Origin: Paraphysomonas bandaiensis
Taxonomy: Eukaryota; Protista; Chrysophyceae
Assembly (NCBI GenBank): GCA_965644295.1
Contig: CBFFRP010000363.1
Span: 310,001 to 374,000, forward strand
Length of the DNA: 64,000 bases
Direction of reading: 5' to 3'
The notes below the pieces were generated by a model that had not been told where the DNA came from, ran no database searches, and saw only the letters and a list, made by a program, of their open reading frames with translations. Of the stretch, positions 50,027-63,355 are shown piece by piece. Numbering within the stretch: position 1 is the first letter of the stretch; each line of letters opens with the position of its first letter. Position numbers and translations under genes: made by a program.

Positions 50027-50722
50027 CACGATAAATATATCTACGCTATGCACACAGTAAACGGAACAAGATAGCAGTCCATACCAGTCGCAATGACGAG
50101 TAGCGATCAGTTCCCTCAGTCGTATTCGACAAGCATTCCTTTTGTGTTGTGTTAAAACACTCCACGTTGATTAGATATGAGAGCTGCACATGCCAAGGTG
50201 ACCAGTGCTTAAAATTACAAAATACCAATTTTTACGATTTCAAGTACAAAATACCACCCATTTTCTGTTACACAAAATACCGAGTAGAATACGGAATACG
50301 TACTTTTAGATTGGCCGTATTTGGTATTCCATATTATACCTACTTCTACATTGTTCCAGATTGTTGGTGTGTACTCTGTACAGCAGTACATACCATACGG
50401 CATATCCACACCTCGGCTCGGTACAGTAAACTAGAAGTTAGTTCTTTTCCAAGATATACGGTACTCCAGGTACGATATACAATGCATTATGCAGACTGTG
50501 TTTCTCGGCAGCAATAAGAATACAGAAGTATCCGCCAAGTACACTTCACAATCGCCGTTCACATGGTGCGAGACGGCCCAGACTTCTTTAAACACATCCA
50601 CATACACAGCAGCTACTGCAGAGTGAGCAGTCTTCTATCTATATAAAGATTAGCTCTCAATGCTGTGCAATTTCTAAGTAGAACTAGGATTAAAGTTATT
50701 TGTTTAAGCATATAGAGACCAT

Positions 50723-53700
50723 ATGAAAAAACAAACTCTACTTTATAGCTGTGTACTGGTAGTTATACTGCACATGGCATGTACGACTCCCACAGGTTTG
50801 ATATAATATCGATAGCCACTTCCGTTAATTTTAAATCATGTTTTAGCACCGATGAAACGGGAGGATTCAGAGACCTCGTATGGTAGTGGTAGGAATCACA
50901 GCCCGCAGCTGTCCACAGAAGCTGCGACATTTAATCGTCAAAGTGCCACTCTTGATAACGAAATTGAAGTTTATAATGTAACTAGAAAAGTAGAATCTCA
51001 ACGCATGCTCACATCGGGTAGGTGGACGCAGTGCTTACTACCCTCGCTTCATTTAAAAGTAACCGTTTCATGTCGTAGCTCTGGTTTCTGTAAATAGTTT
51101 GGCTGGATATACCAATGGTTTCTCTGACGGCATTGGTACCAATGCATTGTTTACATCCCCAGCTGGTATATCGTGGTCATCAGACGATTCATTCCTCGTG
51201 ATTGGCGAACATTCAGCCCCCAGAATAAGGAAACTGTTGATGTCAACATGGGAAGTTTCCACTGTTGCAGGAAATGGCGGATTGGGAAGATCGGATGGGA
51301 CCGGAACGAATGCAGGCTTCAGTTATATTTGGCACATTGCGCTATACCAGAATGATTTGGCGGTATTGGTATGTGAGACTGGAGCAGTACGAAAGGTTGT
51401 ACTGTCCACCGGTTATGTGTCGACATTAACGACAACTGGAACTGTCTTAAGAGGCGTTGCAGTATTTTCGATTGGAAGTTCTGCTATAATTGTGGATCAC
51501 TCTGACAATAAATTACGAAATTTTAGCATTGTGTCACCGACGTTTACGACATTGGCCGGGTCGGGATCACTGGCGACTGTGGATGGTGTTGGTACCAATG
51601 CTGCGTTTGATGCTCCAAGTGGGGTATCACTCGCATCAGATGATTCTTTTGCCGTAGTTGTTGAGATTAGTGGTTATGTTCGAAAGCTTGTTATATCTAC
51701 TGGAATGGTGACCACATTGGCTGGAGCTGATTCGATATCTGTAGTTGTGGATGGCATTGGGACAAATGCGAAATTTAGAAATCCCCAAGACGTAACAGTT
51801 TCTCCTGATAATTCTTTTGCCCTCATTACTAGCGAGTTAGCCTATAGAATACGCTATATTCACTTACCAACAGCTTCTGTCACTTCTGTTATTGGCAATG
51901 GAAATACGAGTTTTCAGGATGGCACCGGGACGACTGTAGAGTTGGGAGCTGTTTATGGGATTAGTAGAATATCGGCCGATGGAGACTCCGTCTTGTTCAA
52001 CGATTTTTCTCATCATAGAGTAAGACAGATATCAGGTTTGAATGCATATACGGCAGCCGTTGTCACGAATGCTCCCAGCGCATTACCAACTAGTGAACCG
52101 TCAGGTGAGCCGACTGGTCGACCGACCGGACAACCAACTTGGCAGCCAACAGGTGAACCAACTGGTCAACCAACGTGTGACCCCTCTGGCGCACCGACTG
52201 GGCAGCCAAGTGGGCAGCCGACTGGAAAGCCTACGGGTGAGCCTACTGGAACTCCAACTGATCAACCAACCGGTGAACCAACAGGGCAGCCGACCGGACA
52301 GCCGACTGGTGAGCCAACGAGTAAACCGTCAGGGCATCCGACTGGAGAACCAACTGGGCAGCCAACAGGTGAACCAACTGGTCAACCAACGTGTGACCCC
52401 TCTGGCGCACCGACTGGTCAGCCAAGTGGGCAGCCGACTGGAAAGCCTACGGGTGAGCCTACTGGAACTCCAACTGACCAACCAACCGGTGAACCAACAG
52501 GGCAGCCGACCGGACAGCCGACTGGTGAGCCAACGAGTAAACCGTCAGAGCATCCGACTGGAGAACCAACTGGGCAGCCAACAGGTGAACCAACTGGTCA
52601 ACCAACGTGTGACCCCTCTGGTGAACCGACCGGTCAGCCAAGTGGGCAGCCGACTGGAGAACCTACTGAAGTTCCAACTAGCAAACCAACCGATGAACCA
52701 ACAGGTCAACCGACCGGGCAACCAACTAGTCATCCGACTGGAAAGCCAACCGGACAGCCAACTAGCCAACCGACTGGAGAACCAACTGGCCAACCGACCG
52801 GTGAACCAACAGGACAGCCGACAGGGCAACCATCTGGCCAACCGACTGGTGAACCAACTGGGCAGCCGACAGGGTATCCAACTAGCCATCCGACTGGAGA
52901 ACCAACAGGACAACCGACAGGACAGCCGACATGGTATCCAACTAGCCATCCGACAGGGCAACCAACTGGCCAACCGACCGGTGAACCAACTGGAGAGCCT
53001 ACTGGACAACCGACGGGGCAACCAACTAGCCAACCGACCGGTGAACCATCCGGACAGCCGACAGGGCTACCAAGTAGCCATCCGACTGGAGAACCAACAG
53101 GACAACCGACCGGGTATCCAACTGGAGAACCAACAGGACAACCGACTGGACAGCCGACATGGTATCCAACTAGCCATCCGACAGGGCAACCAACTGGCCA
53201 ACCGACCGGTGAACCAACTGGAGAGCCTACTGGACAACCGACGGGGCAACCAACTAGCCAACCGACCGGTGAACCATCCGGACAGCCGACAGGGCTACCA
53301 AGTAGCCATCCGACTGGAGAACCAACAGGACAACCGACCGGGTATCCAACTGGAGAACCAACAGGACAACCGACTGGACAGCCGACATGGTATCCAACTA
53401 GCCATCCGACAGGGCAACCAACTGGCCAACCGACCGGTGAACCAACTGGAGAGCCTACTGGACAACCGACGGGGCAACCAACTAGCCAACCGACCGGTGA
53501 ACCATCCGGACAGCCGACAGGGCTACCAAGTAGCCACCCGACTGGAGAACCAACAGGACAACCGACAGGGTATCCAACTGGCCAACCGACTGGAGAACCA
53601 AGTAGCCAACCGACTGGAGAACCAACTGGACAACCGACAGGGCAACCAAGTAGCCAACCGACTGGAGTACCAACAGGGCGGCCGACAGGGCATCCAACTA

Positions 53701-56700
53701 GCCATCCGACTGGAGAACCAACAGGACAACCGACAGGACAGCCGACAGGGTATCCAACTGGAGAACCAACAGGGCAACCAACTGGCCAACCGACCGGTGA
53801 ACCAACCGGACAGCCTTCTGGACTACCAACTGGCCAACCGACTGGAGAACCAACAGGGCTGCCGACAGGGCAGCCGTCAGGGCAACCAACGAGTGAGCCC
53901 TCGGGGAAGCCGACAGGACTTCCAACTGGCGAGCCAACGAGTTATCCTTCGGGGGAACCTACAGGACTTCCAACTGGTCAACCAACTGGTCAGCCAACTG
54001 GCCAACCGACGAGTGTCCCCAGTGGGCAGCCTACTGGGCAGCCAACTAGTCAACCAACTGGTAAACCTAGTGGACTGCCATCAGGACAACCAACTGGCCA
54101 ACCAACAGGTGCACCTTCTGGTGAGCCAAGTGGACAGCCAAGCTGTCATCCCACCGGAAAACCTTCCGCTGATCCAACTGGGCAGCCAACAGGTCAGCCT
54201 ACTGGCGAGCCGACTGGAGACCCATCGGGTTTACCATCATCATCCCCATCATGCAAGCCTAGCAGTAGCCCTACAAATCGACCTACGAAAAGGCCTACTT
54301 CCCACCCTACTGTGAGGCCTACCCAGGCGCCAGTGCCAACAGTAACGAGGTACCCCACTCTATGGCCAACCTATAGTATGCAGCCCACATCAGTACCTAG
54401 CAATGCGCCGACTTTTTCAGTTGTAACCATGTGGAAGTATGATATCGAGAAGTATATCGAGGAGTTGATAAGTACATCAGATGCTCAGACGCCTCATCGT
54501 GAGGTGGTAAAAGATTTAATTGTGGGCGGTGGGCGTGTGTATGGTGGATGTGCTGAATGGTCAGTGTTTGTTGAGGACACCTTACCTACGACATTGATAT
54601 CGTATGTGCCAACTGAGTTGGCTGTTGCTGCTACTAAGAGCCCATCCAGCCCTATCAGTGAATATGCTATACACTGTTCGGATGACGGCATTCCAATGGC
54701 ACTAATGAATCATTTGAGTACGTTATCATCAACTGCATTAGACAGTGATATGTATTACTCTTATCGCTGCGGGATGTACAATTGGACTGTTGGAAAGTGT
54801 ATTGGAGCCCCCAGTGCTTTTTTGTGTATCAATTGTTCCCAACCGTGCTCCGCCGAGAAACGTGCTGATTACGAGTTATCTTGCCGCAATGCCGCACAAG
54901 ACAACGACATGCGAGTACTGACTATAAATTTCAATGATGTATCTGTCGCACCTGCTATCAAATCTATTGCGGTGTCATTGAGACAGCAGTCATCACTGAC
55001 TCTCTCGTACTCAGTTACAGAGGCCACTGGATCAATTGTTTGTGCTGCCTATACCCCTCTCTTCGGAACACCTGAAACAGTCAGTTCACTTCTGCTCAGT
55101 GGAAGTTTGCAGGATATAGAATCTAGAATGGGGTCTTACAAGCTATCGAACCTGAAACCAGCAACGGTGTATTATCTGTACTGTGCAACATACTCAGCGT
55201 TAGGTGTTCCGTTAAGTTATTCTTCTATGCTGAATACGAAGTTATCCATCACAACTTCCTGTTGCCGGCCTGTTTATATAAAGCTGCAGCAGACATCCTT
55301 TTCAGATACTCAGGATTCAGCGAAAGCTGTGTTGGTATCGGTGGAATCTCTCCCTTACGAAAATGTAAATGTCAGTGTGAAATGCGTTAGCATGGCGGGA
55401 ACTGAAGTGAATTTATTCTTGCCGTCTTCACTAACGTTTTCACGAAATTCAAAGTTTAAGAGTGTGTACTTGTCTTACTTAAAATCCCCAGCTGGTGAAT
55501 ATACTATTCATACTTCATTGTCTGGCCCATCTTCAGATTCTTATGAAGTTGTATTTTCCAGTGGAAAGTTGTTAACAGTGGTGAATTCTGTTGATGAACC
55601 TCCTGTGCCCTCACTCACGTCTGCTGCATTTTCGGACGATGGTACTGCAATAGTTGTAACATTTAATTCTCCGACCAATAGAGGCTCCTACGTTAATGCG
55701 TTCATTTGCTCTGCAGTATTCGCAACGGATAGTTTCCCCATGAATAACTGTCTGTGGGACAGTGACTCCACAGCAAGGATATTCACAAGTGGTGATAACG
55801 GAGGAAGGGTTGGGGATGTACTTCACTTGAGAAGCGGCGTTATTCGGGCCAAGTGTTTGGGTACCACAAGTACAGCTTTGTCATTGTGCTCGTCGTGGAA
55901 GTACAGCTCTGCTGGAAATGTAACAGTCGGTGCTCCTGCAAACCCTGCGCCTCCTGTCGTGTCCATAATAGCGCCAAGTGTCATAGGACCCTGTGATTCT
56001 CTCACTCTAGATCTTTCAGGGTCGTCAGGTTCTGGTGGAAGGATTTTTGATTCGATCACCTTCACTGTGTCTACAACGGATTCAACAGTGGCACCACTAC
56101 AGACATATTTGGACACCATAGACGAATTCAAATCTCTAGTTGTTATTTCACAGGATATCTTGAACCCGGGGTATATCTACAGTATATCTGTTGAGCTGTG
56201 CTCCTTCCTTGGTGTGTGCAGCATTGGATCACACAACTTTGTTGTTTCAACTGCTGCGAATATTCCTATTGTGTCTATTTATAAACAGAAATTGGTTCAT
56301 GTCAATCGTTTTTCTTCTCTGCGCATATCTGGTGGGGCATTTACATCCGCGTGTGACGGTAATCAAAACAAAGCGAACTTGAAATTTTCTTGGAGTATAA
56401 CTACATCCAACAAGGTGCCATTGAGTCTCACATCTACTTCTTCGGATAGAACAGTATTTCAGCTTCCCGCTTATTCTTTGGAGGTTGGGAATTTATACTC
56501 TGTGACCCTGACAGTGAAGCATTTGGTTTCATTAAAATCATCAAGCTCCACAGTATCGGTATCCGTGTTACAGGGCGATGTTGTGGCACAAATTTCTGGT
56601 TCGTCGGAACGTGGTTTGCAGGAAGATGGATCGATTCTGGTGGACGCGTCATCCAGCTATGATGAGGACAGCAACGAAGGGATATATTACCTGCAATTTG

Positions 56701-59700
56701 ATTTTTCATGCACCCAGACTTTTCCAACAATAGTAGCATCCTGCCTTCTGGATATAGATCCTGTATCCGCATCAAGCATTGAACTATCGGTGCCGAGAAA
56801 TAGCACCCTACTTGGCACAGTGCACGAGGTCACGGTGTCAGTCGAGCATATTTATGACAAGAGAACTTCTTTTACATCCATTCTAGTTGAGATATTGCCA
56901 TCGTTAGCACCAGTGATGTCTCTTCAGGCAGTTGGATCGACACGTATCAATCCTTCGAAGAAGTTGAAACTAGCTGCGCAAATAGAGACCACCTCGACCA
57001 CTAATATTGTTTGGAGTTTAAATGACCCATCTATTGACCTAAGTGCAGTGTCACTGAGTGATACATCTAGAGCATTCACAGTACTTCCTCACAGCATTGG
57101 AATAAAGCATGTATTTAGTTTCAGTTTAGTCGTTTCTCCTAATGTACTTTCCGAGGACTCCACTTTTGTATTTAGCTTACATGGCACAGCTGACACTGGG
57201 CACACCGCTAGCGCAAAGATATTGATATCTACGAACTCCCCTCCACACCCTGGCGAATACATTGTGTCGCCGCATAACGGCACCAAGTTGGAAACTGAAT
57301 TCATGTGTCAGGCTTTACAGTGGGAAGACATTGATATACCAATAACCTACGAGTTTTCGTATATATCTGCAACAGGAGATTTTGTTGTTCAGCGGGCCAG
57401 ACAGGAGTTGTCCTACATGCTGGCAAAGTTTCCTGCTGGGTTACAGCAGAACGAATACAACCTTGTTACCCAGTTGCAGGTGTTCGATAAATTTGATGCT
57501 AAGCGCACTGTTTTTGTGCCAGTTCTTGTATTTGAGGGAGCCGAGGTGACTCCACAGAGTGCGCAGGAATATTTCATTTCTGCCGTTGTTAACGCAAGTG
57601 GGTTCGCAGGTAGGACAGCTTTGAATATTTTATACGACTATAATCTTTTGTGTAATTAGACGAGTTGAAGCAAGCAGCAGCTCTAACATCATCCATAATC
57701 AACGCCGTGAATTGTACCGCTGCACCGAACTGTACACAGCTGAACCGAAAGCAGTGTAGTGTGTATCAGTCCACATGTGGAGAGTGCTTGGAGGGCTACC
57801 TTGGAGAAAGTGGACACAAGAACTCTCTCTGTGTTGGACGAATAGATGATTCTGATGTGACTTCCAGGCAACTGACAGTGTGGAATCATATGTTCTCTGG
57901 CGGCACAGAATGTTCATTGAATGAGCATTGTAATAGCGCCCTGTGGGAAGTGTGTGTTGATGGGGTCTGTAGAATTGCTCCGCAAAGATGCACAAACGAA
58001 TGTTCTGGACATGGGTCGTGCTCGTTTCTTTCCACATTGAATTCTAGTCACGTTGTTGAGACATGCAGTGTACTAGATTTTAATTGCAGGGCGGTCTGTG
58101 TATGTGAGAGTGGCTTCAACGGCTCGAGTTGTGAATATACATCATATGATTTTGAATTACTTCAAAGTATTCGACATGATATCGCTGTTGCCATCCGAAA
58201 CATATCTCTAATTGAAGACCCCACTCCTGAGAGTGTTGTTTCTTGGTTGAATGGGCTGTCTACAGTTGCAGCTGATTCTAACAGCTTAAAGGAAGAAACG
58301 AAGGCATTATTAGCGTCAATGGCTATTGAGTTCATCAATAAGGCTTCCTATTTAGGATTACAGTTTGAGGAGACAACAAGTACAGCGAGTATACTCGACC
58401 TAGTTCTGTCCACGAGTAACGACGTTGCTTTTGAATTGTTGCAGGTGTATGGGGAGTACATATCAGCGGACATGACTGATGGACAGAATCCGATAGAAGT
58501 GATCAATCAAGCATTCAGACTTGTGTCAGTATCGCTTGACGGACTGAGTAATAGTTCTGTGAGCTCTCCTATGTCATCTATTGAGAAAGCACTCAATACT
58601 TCTGCGCATGTTGCACACATTCCAACCACAAGCACTGACGAGTCTTTAAAAGTCGTGGTTATTGAAGGACCAGGTCTGAGCAATGGAACCTATCTATCTA
58701 TGCCGTTTGGTCTGAACTTCGATAAGTCTCCCTGTGCTGATAACTCTGATTCGTCGTGTGATATTACCGTGGTACTACAATATGAGTTTCCGGTGAATAC
58801 TGGTGAACAGTTCCACGACCCCATCACTGTTGATTTTGAGTGTAAACGCGGCTTAGAGGCAGAGCACAACTACACTTGTCCCTTGAGTGAAGTCTTAAGT
58901 GTATCGTGTAATGGATCTGTAGCCGGTGTGTGGAGTAAGGCGTGTCCAGTATATCAACCTGGTGTAATCTGTGAATCTATTGGAACATCTACTAGTTCGT
59001 GTGATATCGTTCAGTATACCAGCAACAATGTAACTTGTCAATGTAGCTTACCCTCGAATTCGAACCAACGCAGGCTGCAGGAAAGTGGAGATAATGACGA
59101 TGCCGAAAATAACGCAGCTATATCACTAAATTTTGTAGCAGCTAGTGAGTCAGTACTGGTGGAATTTGTGAGTACATGGAAAAGTGCTTCGGATCTCAGT
59201 ACCAGTGATACGAAGAACAACTGGCGAGTACTCGTGACAATTGGATCTATCGGGGTATGTGGTGTCTTTTTTATGGTTTGGGGATGGTGGACAGATACAA
59301 CCTCTGCAGATGAGGAAAAGCGGGCAGAGGAACAGAGAAAAAAGGATGAGAAAGCGGAAAAAGGTGTAGAAAACTCTATCAAGAAGAGATTAAATCGTCA
59401 GAATGTGTCCTGGGAGCGAGTGTTGCGTCCACAGAAGAGTATTTCACCCGTAAAGCCACAATCAATCAAAGCTATGTCTGCTAGAGATCGAACGAAATCT
59501 TTTGTTACTCTTCCTGAGGAGAAGACGGTGGAAGCTGCCCTTCCGGCTGTGCTGAAGCCTTTTCCGCTGTGGAAGAAGTACATCGTCGAAGCAAGAGTAT
59601 ACCACAGGTACCTGGATTTTTATTGCTTCATGCTGACACTAATGGGGTATATATTTACGTAGATGGGCGGGAGTTATATTACACACATCATCAAGATTTC

Positions 59701-62700
59701 CGCGCCCACTACGCGTGCTGTCTCTGATGATGAATATATTAATAATGCTTTTTATTGAAGCAATGACATATAATATTGCTGATCCTAATGATGGTTCTTG
59801 TGAGACGTATAACACAGAGAGTGAGTGTCTGACTGAGATGTCGTCTCTTGCTGATCATGAACCCAAGTGTTACTGGGACAATGATAACTCATCCTGTCAC
59901 TTCCGAGAAATAGATGGGGAATTCTACCGAGTTGTTACTGTCGCTGTTATTGCTGCGGTGGTTGGAACTCCCTGTGCTTTGGCTATCGAGGCTCTAATAT
60001 CGAATGTTCTTGCTGCACGCACTATAGACGAGAGTGAAATTAAAAAGAGTTTGCAACGTCAGCTTAATTGTAACAAATCACCCATTGTTAGACCTACGAA
60101 AGTAGCTAACGAACACCCTTCAGCAGCAAAGAAAAGTGTACAGCTTTTGCAAATTATTGAAGAAGCTTACGGCTGCACGATAGATGAGGACTATCAGAGT
60201 CTCCGAAATGAGCTTCAAAATCATCGCCAGAGCTTATCGCCCGGAGAGCGTAATGAGTTTGACAGTAAGTTAACACTTTTAAAATTAAAAACTGTAATGA
60301 TGTGGATGTAGAAATTTGGGGCCTTGACTTGTCAGACATTGACTATGGCGCATCATACAAATGCTGGAAAATTTTGTCGCGGAGAATCTTTCCTCATTCC
60401 AATATCGGTATTTTTGCTATATTTCACTCTAGAAATCGTGAATAACACATATGTGTTACAGATGACAGTGAATCTCTGTTGTTGGCAGAGTTACAGAGCG
60501 TTCGGGATTGCTTCGCGAAAGAGTGTGAGTTCTTTGACAATGCAGCCCTGTCGGATGAGGAAAAGAATTCTCGACTGCTTTTTTTGTTCATCAAAGACCT
60601 TATGGATGGTGTAAATGGTATTTTACTTCATGTAGCGATCTGTATATATATGCGTAACTGCTGTTCAGGTCAAATTATGGATGCGAAGGATCGACGTGAT
60701 CACGAAATAAGAAAAGCAGTTACTCTTACTACGAAGCTATATGCGTGGACTGCGATTGGGTTAATGGCATCAGGGATGCTGTTTTATCTTTTTCTCTTTG
60801 CAATTCGACAGACTGAACAAAGACAAGCGGCTTGGCTACAGTCGTTTATTGTCTGGCTATTTTTTGAGATACTGATCGTAAGTTCTTTTCTAGTGCTGGT
60901 TCAGCATATCGTCATTCCATCACTGGTGATGGAAGACGTTCGCAAGGTGAAGAAAAGAGTTGTAAATGATATAATTTCTTTCAAATCGAACGCAAAGAAT
61001 CGAGCATACAGCGTATTACCTCGACGTAGAAATACTGCATCCACTCGGAGAGAATCGGCAACAAGTGTTCAGAAATTAAATGCTGCCAAGTATCTTTATG
61101 TGTCGTGGCGAATCGCAAAGTTTTACCCCAACTTACCGCAGAGTTCCATGGTGACACGGTTTTCAACTCCGTGGCCTAAGAGAGCGATAACGAGAAAGTT
61201 CAAGGGTGTGTCAAAGGCCTATAGCAAGAAGTTTTCGTTTGTGAATCAAGCAGTTAGTCGGGTAGTATTATATCTCCTGGTGAGTGTTGTGCAACTTCCA
61301 CCTGCTGCTCAAGATACAGTAGTTCAAGTTATTCTTTCTTCCGGAATTGGATATGTTATCATGCTCCTGGTTCAACTATATGAAGTACATCCCATTCTTG
61401 TATTGGTTCCCGTTGTCACGGTTTTTATTGTGGCACACTTTCTATTCAGCTCTAATAAGCACTCGGATCTGTCTTTACTGAACTCGGCATCTTCAATGTC
61501 ATTGAACAGTCGCCGTACGAGCGTCAAAGAAAACGATATTAGAGATACGAAAGACCTTTCAGTCGGTGCACACAGTGTTTTTCCAATAATGCAAGTATCT
61601 GGGCCAGAGAGTCATATGGAAACACTCAAAGTGTGTTCAGTGGAAACGGATGGAACTGCATCAACAGTGCTGCGTGATATGCGCAACAGCTTGAGCGATA
61701 TTCTCCCTGTAAGTTCGGCGCTATGTAAATCAGCTTCTCCGATCTCTAAATCGTGCCCTTTGGGAAGCTCGAAACCATGTCGTCGAGCATGTGCAGATTA
61801 TGATGAAGGAGAGGAAGCCGATAATGAGGAAGGGTGGGGCGATGTATCCGATGATAGCTGGGGAGATATGAAGGAAGTACGTCGTCCAACGAGAACACAT
61901 TCTATTCATTCGCAAATTGATGAATTGGAAGATCTTCAAGTCATGTTGAACGAACATTTCGGATGTTTCTTAAATGACAAAACTGAAGCGGGGATAGTTT
62001 CAGTGGGTGTAGATAAGTTTTTAGTAGAAGAGGAAGATGTTCCAAACGCTGGGGAGGCCTCAGTGGACGAAATATTTCAAATTCTTGCCGAGACATTTTC
62101 CCTCGATTATTCCGTGCTGTCACCGAGTTCGAAATCTCCTGTAAAATCCTCGCACGACGACAGCAGTCCGTCTGACCGAAGTTGTGCTTCACCTGAGGTG
62201 CACACGGAAGTTCTGGAGGACATTGGAGCGGTGCAGTTTAGGGATGATGAGAGTACTTTGTCTCGAACCCCTGATAACAGTGTCTCTCTTTTTCATCGCA
62301 ATGTAGTACAGGGGAATGCTTTGAAACACATGGATGGTGTTAAGTCTCTTGAACTTATTGCAATCGAGGAGGCGCGGCGCCATATTTCAGAGCTCGAAAA
62401 CCAGTATGCAATCCTAGAAGCGAAATATAGGAAAGAATTAGCTTGTAAAGTAAGCAGTAATGAGGCCCAAAGCCTTGTGGGTTCGATATTAGCGTCCACG
62501 GTTCCTGCGATTGCAAAATCTCAAGTTTTAAAGGAAATAAGAGACAGCTTGTCGGTGGGACTAGCGAATGGTATCATTGCAATCGCAGCAGCCCACGTAG
62601 CCACAGAAGAAGGTAGTGTGCGGAAAACAAAGGAGGAACGTGAGCAAGCTGAGTTGGAGATTCTTAGACGTTCGACTAGAGGAAAATGTGTACATGATTG

Positions 62701-63355
62701 CGTGGATGCGTGGATAGAGCGAGGCAAGGCAAAGCATGTACTTCGTGCTCTGTGTGCTGAAAAGTCGGAGAAATTCGTAAAGGCGCTTGTAGTGAAGGAA
62801 GTTTTGAAGTTGTCTGGGGTCGATGAGCCGTTCAAAAGGTTTGTACCGAGGGCAACTGATGATGAAAATATATATAATGACACATCTGGATGGAGGAGTA
62901 GATATGAAGCACTCAGTGGCATGGCAGTCAAAGAGTATGAGCAAACACAACGAATTATAAAGCAGTTACAGCACCGATGTTTGACACTGGAGAGGCAGTT
63001 CTATGAGGGTAGAAATGAAGGTCGTAATGAGTCAGATACTGCCAGTTTGCCCCAGTCTATCGGAGGGGATATTGAAGACGTATTAGAACGGGATATAAAT
63101 AGTTATTTCTTCAGTTCTGATGATTTTAGTTTTGGTGAACACCCTGTGGAACAGTTTGATGAAAGCTGTGGGGATGTTCATACGGAGACACCAATTGGAG
63201 AGGATAGTGATGTGGTGAAACATAGTAAAGCTTCCATGCCCGAGAAGCAACAGTATAATGTATTGGATAGTGATTCTCTGGAAGATATCATGCCTGAAGT
63301 GATACAGCGGCTAAACCAAGTCACGGCCAAGTCTGAGCAGAAGGAAAATGATTGA
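50723..63355 (+). CDS. Polycystin-1/REJ-like giant surface receptor (~4000 aa), copy 2, intact: signal peptide, NHL beta-propeller, PT stalk, Cys-rich/Ig-like region, REJ, EGF-like, GAIN/GPS-like region, multiple TM helices, long cytoplasmic tail
   Basis: Signal exon [20 protein letters not shown]; NHL repeats TLAG....DGIGTNA.F..P; REJ motifs [31 protein letters not shown] and [13 protein letters not shown]; [22 protein letters not shown]; GPS-like [15 protein letters not shown]; hydrophobic segments. GT-AG introns (e.g. 57610-57659) join the ORFs. Confidence 0.85.
52070..54330 (+). repeat. 12-bp coding tandem repeat stalk, copy 2, with 216-bp and 228-bp higher-order repeats
   Basis: gtgtgacccctctgg at 52175, 52391 and 52607; atggtatccaactagccatcc at 52931, 53159 and 53387. 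Confidence 0.95.

Noticed and set aside
37310-54330. CRISPR-like appearance of the repeat arrays
   Set aside because: Contiguous in-frame coding repeats with no unique spacers, no cas genes and a eukaryotic context.
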